Below are positions 25,104-39,608 of a DNA stretch of 64,000 nt, piece after piece. The stretch spans positions 930,001 through 994,000 of the forward strand of contig NW_003314271.1 of assembly GCF_000143415.4 (NCBI RefSeq). The letters run 5' to 3'. The translations under genes were made by a program, and so were the position numbers. Positions within the stretch are counted from its first letter, which is position 1; the number at the start of each line of letters is the position of its first letter. The notes beneath the pieces are model-generated. The model was not told where the DNA came from. It did no database searches and saw only the letters and a program-made list of their open reading frames with translations. Origin of the DNA: Selaginella moellendorffii. Its lineage: Eukaryota; Plantae; Lycopodiophyta.

Positions 25104-26284
25104 CTGGTACAGTTCACGTTTCGTTTCTATTCTTTTAATGCTGTGAGTGTCTTTGCGAGAACTGTTTTGTTACTCACAGGCCCGAACCTGATTCGGGAGC
25201 AGGACACTGTCTCCTGGGATAAGTTCTGTCCCATTCGCGATGCGGAGACAGCTTGTTGAGGGGCACGATCCTGTGGTACGTAATGCTTCTCTCTCCCCTG
25301 TCTCTTGAGGTTTCCGATCGTCACAGTTCTGAGGTGCATTCTTTGTCTCAAATCGCTGAGAATGTTAATCTGCATTTCCTTGCTTTCTGTCATAACTGTT
25401 ACATTTGAACTGCTTTCTATGTTTTCTTGTTCCGTGGTCTCGTTCGTCTAGTTGTGGCCTGTCGTTAACAATCTTTCACTGGGGATGGCCAAAGCGCTTG
25501 GTCTCTCTGGCGTTGGAAAGTTTCATGGCGGTTGGTTCTCGTTGACAGTTGGCCAAGTCGCTTGGTCCTTTCGGCTTGTCAATCGACTGCCTATGACGGG
25601 CTGCTTCAAGGATGGATGAGACACGGGAAAATTTGTGTGATGCCTTTCTGTGCTTATTGTCTTTCTTTCATACCATTGCCTCGGAGCTTGAACATCGATG
25701 CTACCTCAGAATCTTTGACTTTGGACCTTCAATCATCTCGAAAGGGAAACTGATTGCGGTGCTCCTGGCTCATGTGGAGTGGTGCCCCACTTGAGTACCT
25801 TGTGGCTCATTGGTCCTCGCCCTTCCTAGGGGCTTGGGCCTTCCCTTCGGGATGGAAGTGGGGGGTAGAGATACCCATACCGAGCCGTTAGGCCACAGTG
25901 TTTCACCCCAACGTCCCGAAGCAAGTGCTGCACCCAAGGCTTGGGATTTAAAGGGTCCCATGATCAAGTCTTGTGGTACCAAGGGGTGTTAGGAATCTGG
26001 AGGCTTGGTGTGCTTGGCTGCTTATGCCTGCGGGGAGTGTAGCCGAACCTTAAGTCCAGTCTAACCCGGGGAGGGGGATTGGGAGAGATTTGGGACTCAT
26101 TCGCCCCTTGAGAGTTGCACACCATCAACACTGAATCTCTTAGTATCTGTGCACTTGGGACGTGCTTTCCCCAGTGAGTTGCCAAACTGGTACAATCCGA
26201 AAACGTACGGGAGAGTGTTATAAGAGAGTTTAGGGTAGACATTCTTTGGATGATGTTAGTGCAGAGGTCATGAAGGGAACCGCC

Positions 26285-29200
26285 ATGGAGATGTGCTCCA
26301 GGTCGAGATAGCTTCGTGTCGGCTGGATATGCAGTGGAAGTCGAGATAGCTTTGTGTCGGCTGGATATGCAGTGGAATGACTCCAGCAGTTGAAGCCTGG
26401 AGAATCTTTTTGTGGTTGAGGAACTATATTTGTAATGAAGAGCAAGAGTCCAAATCTGCATCATTTATGACAAAAAATCAATTATAATAGAATTTGATTA
26501 CAAGCAAAATGGTGAAAGGGCTGAAAGAAAATCGAAACTACTACAATGCTACTTTATGCAAGTAGACTAGCATATCATCAACCATTTTAGGGTTGATCAT
26601 TATTTAACCAAAAAAGTTTGTAAATATATTACTCACAATCACTAAGTTATAAATTAAAAATTGATGAACAATTAACCTGAATATTTATTGATGCTAAAGA
26701 TTGGACAAAACGAGATCAGGACAATATATTATTTTTGTATTAAATTTTTCCATTTGTATCAACTTCTAAACTCAAGTTGTATAAACTATAACTTAAAAAT
26801 AGTTATAAGTTTCCCACCTAATTTCATTTAACTCTAAAATTCATTGAGTTAAATTAAATTTTAGCATTATTGTTTATCTTCTATATTTTATAAAATACAT
26901 TTAAAATTCAGTAAGTGGTGTAAAATACAGTTTAATATGTAAACACATATTAGGCAATTCTACAAGGCACAAAACAAAAATCCTCAGTTTATATTAACCA
27001 AATAAATAAGTAATTTATATTTAAGTTAACATATAACTTAATAAACTAATAAATAAAAAATTTTAGTTTTTGAATTAGATATTTGTAAGTTTTAAAACTA
27101 AATCTGATCTACATTCCATTCAAATATATCATATCAATAAATATTTTTCTAACACTATTTTGTATTGTTTCAAGTTGAATATATCTATATTTGTAGACAC
27201 AAATATTAATCTTTTAGCACCTGATTATTGTTGAATATCCAAATACTAATTCAAACACTTTTAAAAGGAGCTTTAGGTCACCAAGGGTAGTAATATGCTT
27301 TTTGCAAGCTAGGAATAATAGAAATTGTTACCGTCACACTTGAGATCATGAAATGCAAAGATCCTATTTGGAAAAGGATGTCTTTTGAATTCAATAACAT
27401 GCTTATTAGCCATCTTAAGACTTGATAGCTTGCAGGGATAATATTCCAAATTATTGACAGTAACCATAATTGTGCAGCTTCTTTTGGATGTCAATAGACA
27501 TGTCTTAGCCTGCCAAAAGATCAATATATAAGTTTGTTAAAATTTTGCCTTCAACTCCACTTTCACTTGCTTTGTCATGTTTGAATGTAGACTTAGATAA
27601 TTTTTTGTCCAAAAGTAGAACTTTGTTCATGACATCAAAGAACTATAGTTTTTGGTAAAGTTGAGTGAGGATGATATCTGACAATATTATTGTGATGATC
27701 TTGCAATATTTATAGACTCAAAATGATGGTATAATCTAGTTCAACAACCCAATCAATTTTATGTTTATGATGTGCTATAAGGTATGTCTTTCCTTCACTT
27801 TATAAGGGATTATTTATATTTTTTTTGTTTCTATCCTTTAGTAAAGGTCAAGCAAGATGTATATGAACTTGTGTATATGGAGAAGAGTTGGGAAGAGCTC
27901 TTGGCTGAGTTTTTATAAATTGAGTATAAAATTCAATATGTAAAGTCTTCAAAGTTGAAGACACTAGTATGCATTACAAACAATCATAGGCCAAAGGAGT
28001 AGCTAAAGAGTATAGCTAAACTTTATACTCATAAATATAAATTTCTTATTATGTGCTTCATTTTTCTCAATTACACATATTGCTTTTGTAGTGAACAAAA
28101 CTTTAGATGATATGATTTACAATATCACAAAATTGATTTCCATACAAATAACAGATAGAGACTCTAAAGTTCCCCAATGTCTACTTGATGAACAGAGAAA
28201 AAAGGCTGTCATAAGTATTTGAGAACATGATAAGCAGGGTTATCTATATCATGCAAATTGTGAGCAGGGTCTTGGGATATTTAATATCAAAGAGTGGGGC
28301 TCTTGGGGAAAGTTGTAGTTCTCAATTTCTCATGAAAGTGTGAATTTACAAGGAAGTGTGGTGGATTGTAAGCAATTAAAGAGAATGACTTGAGAAATAA
28401 TCTATAAAGGTTCAAATATAAAGGGAAAACCCATGAATAAAAGTGCACCCTTTTTTCCAATTGATTAAAGGTCTTGGGTTATTTGGAGTTAAATGTCTTT
28501 AGGTTTGAATAGTACTGGGCTAAGTGACCTCATGGGAAGTTCAAATTCAATTCAATGACGATGCAAGTGACAATGGAGATGAGGATAAGGAAATTCCAAA
28601 TCAAACTCATATTCCACCACCTGATAACCAGGATCAAGCTCTAATTTCACTACCAAATGATTATATGATAGTAGGGTTTCTTATTCATATAACTCTTCTA
28701 TAACTGATAACATATCAAGGCATTGTGGGTGTCTTCATTGGCTCCTATAGTAAATTGCTGATATCTTTCACAAAAGACGACATGAACATGGAAATACAAC
28801 ACTAGTTTGACCATTAGTGCTAAAAGGTATAAAAACCATTGCAAACTTCATTCTCTTCAACTTTCCAAATAGTTTTCAAATATTGATGGGAAAGTTGAGG
28901 ACTAGAAACTTTCTCACACCTAACCACTTGTGTGATATATTCTTCTTGTCATAAACATTTCTATACGAAGTTGGCTATATAATTTTTATCTTACTAAATG
29001 ACCCCAACTGGATGTATGAGCTTATGATGTGTGTAGCAAAAGTTTATTTCAAGTCATTCTCCTCCAAATGCATCATGGATCCTATTAACATCAATATTAA
29101 GGGCATTCAAAGTAAGTGAGTAAGTATTTCATATTTTTATTTAATTTCTAAACTTTCTCATTTTCCAAGTTATGATGTGAACTGTTGCAAATATGACTTT

Positions 29201-29545
29201 AGGTATCAAAAGTTACCTGTTAGTTAATCCTTGTGGATGTTCTTTCCTTACTACCATGATAGCAAGAGGTCAATATTGTTGGACCCTTTTTTTTAATCTC
29301 CGCCTAAGGTAGTTAGGAAATTGGTCTTTGCATATGCACTTGACTAGATGAGCATCAGGACAGAATTCCTAAGTGCTATTAGTAAAATATATTTGACTTA
29401 GTTAAAGAAACTCATTCATTGACTTGCACTTACTAGTGTTGGGAAACCCCTATGATATTAAGCTTGGTCCCTCAATATTTGTCAGATGATAGTTTACCGT
29501 GTTTACCAAACACCCTTGCTATCATACACTTTGTGTTAATACCAT
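26285..29545. repeat. Left arm of a large inverted duplication (partner ~37760-46455, which carries two extra insertions)
   Basis: Reverse-complement matches, e.g. 26450-26490 vs 46280-46320, 27661 vs the 39590/44879 junction, 29161-29200 vs 38095-38138. Confidence 0.9.
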
Positions 29546-29565
29546 TCAGTGAAACGTGTATATAC
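29183..29565 (+). mobile_element. Family A LTR 5' part, interrupted by LINE sequence
   Basis: Starts tgttgcaaatatgac at the same host junction as the solo LTR end at 38116. Confidence 0.8.
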
Positions 29566-29659
29566 ATTCCCCAATGTCCTGTAGGGATTAATACAAAAAC
29601 CAGGCATGCTGCCCAAAGGTCATGCTATCTAGTGGAGATCTCCTTCATCTAAAGTGAGA

Positions 29660-32100
29660 CTAAGCCTACAGTACAAGCGGCTACTGTTGCCTCCATTGTA
29701 TCGCATCCAGATCTAAGTCCCCCCTTTGTGTTGACTGCAAGATTGACTCCGGGGGGTGCCATCTCCAATGAACCTTATTGTGGTCTCCTTCACCGAAACA
29801 TGGTAGCCATGCTTTTTGCCACTCCTCGAGCCTCTCAAGCTTCCCCCTGTCTTGGAGGATAGCATGGTGAAGTCGTACTGCCCCCAATGTAAGTCTCCAC
29901 CATTCTGCTAGTACCTGTGATACTTTGACCTATGTCCCGTCAAAGTGCACCCAGTTACGTGCTTCCCAAAGGGCTTGGACTCTCATCACACGCCATACCA
30001 CCCATCAAGCATGGCCAAGTGCCTCCCACACGGGGACTCCTATCTCCACCCCAGTCATGTCCTAGTGGACCTGAATCCCCCAACCGTGTCGTCCTTTGCA
30101 CCTGATGTGTTGCAGGGCTGGGCCCTAAGCAGGACCCCTCGCTCCCTCAAACCAGTGGAGCACATCCCCACTGTGGGCCTCAAAATCCTGTGTAATGCCT
30201 AGCTCTTTCCCTACCTTAATGATCTGGCACCACACCTCCTTTGTAGTGTCGCACTCCCACAATGCATGCTTGACTGTCTCAATTTCACCACACTCCTTGC
30301 ACGTGCAACTCACGTCATCCTGGAATTGCTGTCCAACTGAGAGACCATTATTCGCTACCAACCAGGAGGTGACTTTCACTTTTTTCCTGCATGGGCAGCT
30401 TCTAAAAGTGAATTGTGTTGTCCACCACTTGCTCCGTGTCAACCCCCTGTGCTATCCACTTTTGCCATAGCTTTGGAATCTCCTCTCTTGCCTCCTCCCA
30501 TGATGTCAGTAGTCCATTCCACGCTTCCTTGACCGCACAGGAGAAAAAGCTTCCCATCCCTCGTCACCATGTGGCAGGGTCCCAGTCCAGATCTTCAAGC
30601 AGCTGCTGTCACCACCATATCAGTGGTCCATCACCCTCTAGCAAGTCTTCTGATTCCACCACGTCTAGCCTCTTGGGTGACTGCCTAAGCACACGAATCC
30701 TCCCACATACCTCATTGTTCGTGACGTCTGGCATCACTTGTCTCTCAGCCGTTGGGAGGAGCATATCTCCTCTTGTGACGCAAAAAGGCCATCCTATGTT
30801 GTGCTCTGGTGCAGTGACGAACCACACCTCGACATCCCCTTCTTCCCATGCTGGTGTAGGTGTAGTGAATGATTGAGTCCACTTCCCCAATGGATGTCGC
30901 ACTGCATCGTGCTCCTCCCACTATGTTTGCTACTGAATTGCCACAAAGTCCCCTGCTTTAAGGCATCTTCTCGGCCACTTCGTCCCTGCTTTCGTGTCGT
31001 TCACCACCTGGAGGAGTCGCAGAACGTCTAGCAGGATGTTGCATCGCTTCCAAGGTCCAAAAACTTGAGTCCTTCTTGCTGTTCACCACCAATCCCTGTC
31101 GATCATTCCCGCCAGTTGTTTCATGGTCCAAAAGCCATTTGCATGCATTTTTCTCCAGATTGTGTGGTGAGTCTCTTGTCCCAGTGTCACACCTCCCACT
31201 TTGAACAGTGCATTGAAAAACAGAGACTGGTTAAGCCACTCCTCGGCCCTGGTCGGTGGTACTTGCTCCAGCGGAAAGGCTTTCCACAGTCGGTGAAGGC
31301 TCTGGATGAAGTTGCCCCCTTTCACTACTTGAGTTGGTCCTTTTACAAAGAGCCACCATGGGTCCTCCTCCCAGGGTTTGGCTGCATTGTGTTTGGGGTG
31401 TATCGCTAGGAGGCTCTGCTAGAACATGAGTCACCACGGCTGTCTCCCCTGTTGCAGTCCCATAAGAAAAATCTTGTACCTCAACACCTTCGCCATGTCG
31501 CTGGGGTCAATGATCCCGAGCCCTCCTAGGATGCACAGCCTCGCTGTAGACTGCCATGCCACCTTGGCCATGGTTTGCCCTGTAACCAATGCTCCACGCC
31601 ATACGTAGGTTCGCACCATCTATCGCACCTTCTACAATGTAGTTTCCAACACCGGCCAAATCGAGAGGTGGTACCAGATGTTAGGGAGGATCATGCCCTT
31701 GACTACTACGATCCAAGCTGGGAGCCCAAGTTTCCTCAGTGTTCATTTCTGAACTGCAGTCTAGATCCTCCTGAGTAGTGTATCATCCTGTGTGGCCACA
31801 CTGTACTGGACCCCAACCTGGATGCTGAGGTACCGAGTGTCTTTGCCACTAATATCCTATCTCTTGTCCCCAAGCCTCGATGCCTGGCTTTCCCCAGTTC
31901 ACTCCTACTAACTTGTTCCAGTTTATAGCTACTCCCGCTGCCATGTTGAAGATCTTGAGCTTGGACCTTGCTGCGTCCAGGTTCCTTGGGGTGGCGAGCA
32001 GGAAAAGTGCAATATCATCTGCAAATGCCCCATCCTACAACTCTTGTGTCACGACTTGAGTTCCCAGGAGTTGTAGTTGTTCAGAGGGCAGCACCAGGCC
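29660..32100 (-). mobile_element. 5'-truncated LINE (L1/Tx1-like) ORF2: RT C-terminus + zf-RVT, decayed
   Basis: AFADDIALF at ~32010, YLSIQVG, VAW....GGLGI, CKECGEIETVKHALWEC; boundaries approximate. Confidence 0.88.
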
Positions 32101-32164
32101 TTTTATATCCCCTCCATGTACGAGGAAAGAGCCCAGTGTCTCTGCTACTATCAAAAACAGGTAT

Positions 32165-33244
32165 ATGGGTATGTAATTATCTTTTTTTTCTGCCATCAAA
32201 CATCTTCTGTCTTGGGGAATTGGAAGCTTGGCAAGGCCGCCTTGGGAGAGAACGTCAAGACACAGATCGTACCTTCAACTTGAGCTCTTCAAGCTCTACG
32301 AATTCGGTAAGCTTAAACTCTTGTATTGCAGTTGTTTGTTGATTTTTCTTTTTTGTATATAGAGGCCTGTCCCTTCTGTAGACGAGTGAGAGAAGCATTG
32401 ACAGAGCTCGATCTTTCTGCCGAGGTAGTGTCTCGTGGAAGTTGCAGATGGAAACTTTTTCAATCTTTGTGTAGGTGTATCCGTGCCCAAAAGGATCTCG
32501 AGTCCATCGTGCGTTTGTGAAAGCGTCTGGAGGCAAAGAGCAGTAAGTGATACACTCTTGTCTGCAACAGATTCTCATCGAATATGACAGGTTTCCATTT
32601 CTCTTGGATCCAAACACCGGCGTGTCAATGGATGAGAGCTGTGAGTAATTTTTCTTTTCATCACAATCAGCTTGCATGAATGCCTCTGGCAGCCGATATT
32701 GTCAACTACTTGTTCCAGGAATATGGTGAGAGAAGAAGGCCAACATTCGGGATTTTAGAAAGGTAACAAGTTTTACTGAAGTGTAAACTCTTCGGTATTT
32801 CATCATAATGTGTTCCAGCACCTTTAGTCACTGGCTGGGTTCCGACGATAATACGAGCAGGGCGAGGCATGTCATTGTGGAATGGAGCATTGCCAGATCC
32901 TCCACAGAAGCTCCTTGAGCTCTACTCAAACGAGAACAACCAGATAAAGCGCTGTGTTTTCAAAGAATTCTAAAAGTTTTTTGGTAGTTTGCAAGGCTCG
33001 TAAGAGAAGCCCTGTGCGAGCTGGAACTTCCTTACATCCTCTGGAACATGGGCAAAGGGTCACTTAATTGCTCCAAGCTCAAGCAAATTTCGGGTTCAAC
33101 ACAGGTAACCTTTTGATCTATTTTTCCCTTCATTATCATTGTCAAGAACAGGTTCCATATCTGGTTGATCCCAACACCGGCATACAAATGGCAGAGTCTC
33201 TTGACATAATCCGCTATCTCTTCGCTAACTATAATTCGAAGTGA
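32165..33244 (+). pseudogene. 5'-truncated copy 2 of the GST-N/thioredoxin gene
   Basis: Near-identical to 23013-24210 but lacks exon 1 and exon 2; has indels and a GT>AT donor change at ~32944. Confidence 0.93.
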
Positions 33245-35799
33245 TGTTGATGGAGAGTTTCCTTGGATTGATCAGCTATCATCGTGTTTGGTACTAATAG
33301 TGTATCGAGCTTTACTCCCAAGAACAGCATAGGAAATGGCAGTTGCTACCATCAGCAAACGGAGGTACCAGCTAAACCGCAGTGTTCCCACAACTATGGA
33401 CTGGTTGGCTTTCTAGAACGTACGAAGGAGTGTACGGGGTGATCTGGACTAGAGAGAGAAAGAGTTTAGGGTAGGCATTCCTTTTGTACCCCATTTTCAA
33501 GAAAAGAGGCATTTGGCGCATCACCTGGTCGCTTTTCTGCTACCGCCGGGAACGAGCTCAAGGTTGGGAGGTATGGGTTATGATGTGGGGATCGTTCGTG
33601 ATTTGGGGTCGTGTCCTTCTTGGTAGGAAGAGAGGAAATTCTGCTTCGCATGCATCCAGGATGTCCCTGGGGGGAGGGTGTGATGTCCTGGACTGAGAAA
33701 ACCCAAAACCATGGCTGGGACAGCAGTTCTTGGGCAGAATTTGAGAGCCTTGCATGCGCACACAGTGGCTATCATCCTGTTTAAGTCTTTCTTTCTTGAC
33801 TTCTCGACTCACTGACCAAACTTTTTGTGACGAGGTTTGAAGTTCTGGAGAGCAAGGACGAGCTTGATCTCATTGGACAACAACCACCAGAATCGCTGCG
33901 GCAGTTTAACCAGCGCTTTCAGTCTTATATTCGTAAATTCGTCTTGTGTGGCGACTTGATACGGCTGTGCATCACTTTGCCAAGTTCCAGCCTTCTTGGA
34001 TTGGTCCTTATCAGGTACTTTCTCGTGCTGGCACTAATTCGTATTGGCTAGCAGAGTTGACGGGCAGGAAACCACCGAAGCCAATCAATGGAGTTGATCT
34101 CAAACGGTATTTCTTTTGACTGGTACAGTTCACGTTTCGTTTCTATTCTTTTAATGCTGTGAGTGTCTTTGCGAGAACTATTTTGTTACTCACAGGCCCG
34201 AACCTGATTCGGGAGCAGGACACTGTCTCCTGGGATAAGTTCTGTCCCATTCGCGATGCGGAGACAGCTTGTTGAGGGGCACGATCCTGTGGTACGTAAT
34301 GCCTCTCTCTCCCCTGTCTCTTGAGGTTTCCGATCGTCACAGTTCTGAGGTGCATTCTTTGTCTCAAATCGCTGAGAATGTTAATCTGCATTTCCTTGCT
34401 TTCTGTCATAACTGTTACATTTGAACTGCTTTCTATGTTTTCTTGTTCCGTGGTCTCGTTCGTCTAGTTGTGGCCTGTCGTTAACAATCTTTCACTGGGG
34501 ATGGCCAAAGCGCTTGGTCTCTCTGGCGTTGGAAAGTTTCATGGCGGTTGGTTCTCGTCGACAGTTGGCCAAGTCGCTTGGTCCTTTCGGCTTGTCAATC
34601 GACTGCCTATGACGGGCTGCTTCAAGGATGGATGAGACACGAGAAATTCATGTGTGATGCCTTTCTGTGCTTATTGTCTTTCTTTCATACCATTGCCTCG
34701 AAGCTTGAACATGGATGCTACCTCAGAATCTTTGACTTTGGACCTCCAATCACTTGGGATTGAGACTCATTCGCCCCTTGAGAGTGCACTCCATCAACAC
34801 TGAATCTCTTAGTATCTGCGCACTTGGGACGTGCTTTCCCCAGTCAGTCGCCAAATACGAAACGTACGGGAGAGTGTTATAAGAGGGTAGACATTCTTTG
34901 GATGATGTTAGTGCATAGGTCATGAAGGGAACCGCCATGGAGATGTGCTCCAGGTCGAGATAGCTTCGTGTCGGCTGGATATGCAGTGGAATAACTCCAG
35001 CACTGCCAAGGAAGAGAACATAGAATTCAGGTGGTTTTACAACAAACCTGGAGAATCGCTCAGGTTTTTTGTGGTTGAAGAACTACATTTGTAATGAAGA
35101 GCAAGAGTGAGGCATGCAATCCATGACCTAGGTCAATCTGCTGAAATTTAAGTTGAACCTAAGTTGCAAAGATTGCAGGAAATTTCACTAAAGCATAAAA
35201 TAGTGATAAAGTCATCTCTTATCTGTAAATTGTTTTTTAAGTTTTGCCATCTTGAGTTTAAGTATCAGGTGTTGAGTAGGATTGATGCTAATCTACCGTC
35301 AAGCATACAACCTTTTACATATTTATCTAAATATTTATTTCGAAATATTTCTGATATGTAGATGATAAAAGAAAATTTAAAAATTTTAAATATATTTATT
35401 CAAAATGAAAGTAATAAAATACTTTAGTTTTATATTATTTTAAAAAATTATAAGTTAAATTTTTAGTTTAATATAAAATAATGGTAACATGAAGAACAAC
35501 AATATTTTCTAAATTTTGTAATATACTTCTTGTTTGCATCCTTTTTAAAAATATATATACTTATTTATCAGTTTTGATATAAAAAACTTGATCTTGTAAA
35601 TCCATGTAATAACTATAATTAAGATAAGGTTATTGCTAATGGCAATCCCCTTGCACCATTTATGATAAAAAATAAATCTCAATAGAGTTTGATTACAAGA
35701 AAATGATGAAAAGGAAACACAAAAGGAAGTTAAGCAATATAAATTATAACTAAACTTAATTCAATTTATAAATATTGATTATTAAGGTTAAAAATTGTC

Positions 35800-38700
35800 A
35801 ATGTTGTGCCATTTCTAGCCTCCTGATAAGAGTTGTATCACCATGTTTGTGTATAAGTGATATAATCTTAACAATTGCTCAATGTGGCCATCTTCCAATT
35901 GCTATCATATTATTCCATATGTGTAATAACTCTGCCCCAATCCAATCCTAATGTTTTTAATTCAAGGGTTTGTTTTAAATAGCTATTAATAATATTTCAT
36001 TATCTTATGCATTTTTTGGAGGCTTATGTGCATCATATCATAATCATCCATAAAAGAGATGTATTGACTTGTAAAATTCCTTATAGAACAAGTTTTCACT
36101 AATAAACCTTTTTAAATATCTAAATTTAATTAATGCCTCCATTTTTTCTGCTTCTAAAGTAAACAATTACTCCTTTATTTTTGATAGTTAGGTTTAAAAT
36201 GTAGAACTTTTTAATTGTTGCTTGATCAATATTTTGATAGCTTTTATATCCCTTTTAATGACTTATATTTTATTAGATCTTCTCCTTCACTTAGTCTATG
36301 TTTTTTTCATGGAGCTCACTGGTTATTTTAACCATGAATTTGTTAACTTCCTAGCTTTCTTTTATACAATAAATAGTGTATGTGTTTTCAAAGTGTTTTT
36401 TTGATAATGTAGGCTTCTTGATTCCACATCTTTAAGGATTAATATTGTTAACAAAACAGTGATCCAAGAAGTCTTTATACTCTATAGAAATATTTAGTTT
36501 CTCATTATTATGACATAAATTTGGTGACAAATAAAAATGTTTTATTTTTCTTTGATAAAATTAAAATCTCCAGTAACAATCAATGTTGAAGGTTACAAAG
36601 GGAGCTCCTTTAAGATCTCTTGAAAAAAACAACCCCTCTCTAATGAATAACTTACCAATGCGTATACATTTAGAGAGCATTAGTCATATATTTGATTTTA
36701 AATTAAACACATTACACTTGATCCCAGAACCAATATTATGTCTATTATAAAGTAACTCCCACAAACTTTAACCATTACTAGCATCCCCCTACTACATTCT
36801 ATTGTCAAGTTCCAAAAGTTTTTTTTTTTTTGCAAACTTATACACTAAATTCACACTTGAAAGACAATGCTTTTGCATACATAAAAAATCATTTGTGATA
36901 TTCCTTATGATGTTAATAGAATTATCATACATACTTACTATCACGAAACTCGTTATGCATGTTTTTGTAAAAGGCATGATATGTCCATGTAACACACGTG
37001 GTTTTCACCCTTTATTTTATGGTGATTTACCATAGGATAACCACAAAGTGGAATCTAAACCCTCCATATGCCATATGCCATATATCACATATCCAATGGA
37101 CAGCAAAGTGGAACTCGAGTTTTAAGGCCACTCATTGGGCCACTGAATGAAGATACGGAGCTAAACTCCCAAACTTGCAGCTGGGTCTAAGTCCAAGTTC
37201 CATACCATGTTAATTAGTAAATACCCATATCTTTATGTTAGACCACTGGTATATTGAAATAGTGTCAAACTTTATTTGGGTCCGTTTTGCATGCTAGTCT
37301 TGGTATTAGAATGTTGAATGCTCTAAGACTGTTTCTACATCACTCCATACTCCTGTCTCTTCACTTTTTGGGCTGAATGTTCAAAAATCACACCATACTC
37401 CAGTTCTTTCACTCATTAAGTTGGATGCAGAACAAAGATACGCATGCAAATAAGAGTTAAATTATGCCTTAAGTTAGTCGGCCATGCCTGACTTACCCAC
37501 TATCCCTACTATATATTTGGAAACTTTGATAGCCCCCCCTCCTTGAGGAACATATGCTTTGGGCTTTCAACTTTAACTACCCTTAGTACTAGGAGTTAGT
37601 CTCTAGAACTAACTTGAAACTTATTAAATATGGAATGTCTCTAGATTGTAAATATGAATACGAGACCAACACTATTGTGGTTAGAATAATCTTTACATTC
37701 CGTAGATATGCCAAATAAGTAGATCTAGACACTTTCTATAAATAGCATTTGGAACCAAATGGTACTAACAGAAGGCATATGATAGTGAGGGTGTTTGGCA
37801 GACACGGTAAATTATCATTTGGCAAATATTGAGAGACTAAGAAAAATTTTACGAGGGTTCCCAACATTAGTAAGTGCAAGTCAATGAATGAGTTTCTCTA
37901 ACCAAGTCAAGTATGTTTGACTAATAGCACTTAGGAATTCCATCCTGATGCTCATCTGGTCAAGTGCATACGTAAAGACTAGTTTCTTAATTAGCTTAGG
38001 CGAAGACTGAAAAAAAAGGTTTAGCAATACTGCTTGCCGTCGTGGCAATAAAGAAAGAATATCCAAAAAAACTAGCCGATAGATAACTTTTAATACCTGA
38101 AGTCACTTTCGCGACAGTCCACATCATAACTTGGAAAATGAGAAAGTTTAGAAATTAGATAAAATATGAAATACCTACTCATCTTTTTAGGCTTACTTTG
38201 AATGCCCCTAATATCGATGCTAATAGGATCCATGGTGCATTCGAAGGAAAATGACTTGAAATAAACTTTTGCTACATACATCATAAGCTCATACATCCAG
38301 TTGGGGTCGTTTAGTAAGATAAAAATGACATAGTTAACTTCGAGTAAAAATGTTTATAACAAGAAGAATATATCACACATGTGGTCGAGTGTGAGAAAGT
38401 TTCTAGTCCTTGACTTTCCTATCAATATTTGAAGACTATTTGGAAAGTTGAAGAGAATGAAATTTGCAAGGGCTTTTATATCTTTCAACACTAATGGTCG
38501 AACTAGTGTTGTATTTCTATGTTCATGTCTTCTTTTGTGAAAGATGTCAGCAATTTACTATAGAAGCCAATGAAGACACCCATAATGCCTCGATGTGTTA
38601 TTGGGAAAACAAGACAAACCTATAGAAGAGTCATATGAATAAAAAAGCTACCATCTTATGATTGTTTGGTAGTGAAATTAGAGCTTGATCTTGGTTATCA

Positions 38701-39603
38701 AATGGTGGAATATGAGTTTGATTCAGAGCTTCTTTATCCTCATCTCCATCATCACTACATCATCATTAAATTTGAACTTCTCATAAGGTCACTCAACCCA
38801 ATACTATTTAAACCCAAAGAAGTTTAACCCCCAAATAGCCTACCAATTGGAAAAAACAGTGCCCTTTATATTTGAACCTTTATAAATCATTTCTCAAATT
38901 AGTTTACAATCTACCACATTTCCTTGCAAATTCACGCCCTCCTGAAAAGTTGAGAACCACAACTCTCCCTGAGAGCCCCATTTTTTGATATTAAATATCC
39001 CAATACCCTACTCACAAATTGCGTGATATAGATAACCCTCTTTATCATGTTCTCAAATACTTTTGACAGTTTTTTCTCTCTGTTCATCAAGTAGATATTG
39101 AGGAATGCTAGAGTCTCTATTTGTTTTTTGTATGGAAATTAATTTTGGGATATTGTAAATCATATCATCTAGAGTTTTATTCACTACAAAAGTAATATGT
39201 GTAATTGAGAAAAATGAAGCATAAAAAATTTATATTTGTGAGTATAAAGTTTAGCTATACTCTCTAGCCACTCTTTCAACTTGTGATTGTCTGTAATGCA
39301 TATTAGTTTCTTAACCTTTGAAGACTTTACATATTGATTTCTATACTTAATTTGTAAAAACTCAGCCAAGAGCTCTTCTTGACTCTTCTCCAGATACACA
39401 AGTTCATATACATCTTGCTTGACCTTTACTAAAGAATAGAAACTAGAAAAATAAAAATAAAGTGAAGGAAAGATATATCTTATAGCACACCATAAGCATA
39501 AAATTGATTGGGTTGTTGAACCAGATCATACTATCATTTCAAGTCTATGAGTGCTGAACAAGTGTTGCAAGATCATCACAATAATATTGTCAGATATCAT
39601 CCT
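35800..39603 (-). mobile_element. Old decayed LINE (ORF1 knuckle region + ORF2 endonuclease and start of RT) split by the solo LTR
   Basis: ORF2-like start MDPISIDIRGIQ at 38233; DISCLLQKH across the LTR insertion; IVTGDFN at ~36570; IISLIHKHGD at ~35850. Confidence 0.6.
36988..38116 (-). mobile_element. Solo LTR, family A (1129 bp), TSD GTCCA
   Basis: TG...CA termini; gtcca at 36983-36987 and 38117-38121. Confidence 0.92.
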
Positions 39604-39608
39604 CACTC

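Noticed and set aside
24811-25393. 74-aa and 88-aa ORFs repeated three times (also 33827/34143 and 50433/50749)
   Set aside because: Recurrence reflects recent segmental duplication of a retroelement remnant, not protein conservation
26300-26378. 38-bp tandem duplication (gtcgagatagct..ggatatgcagtggaa, two copies)
   Set aside because: Local slippage in TE debris; single copy in the paralog at ~34953
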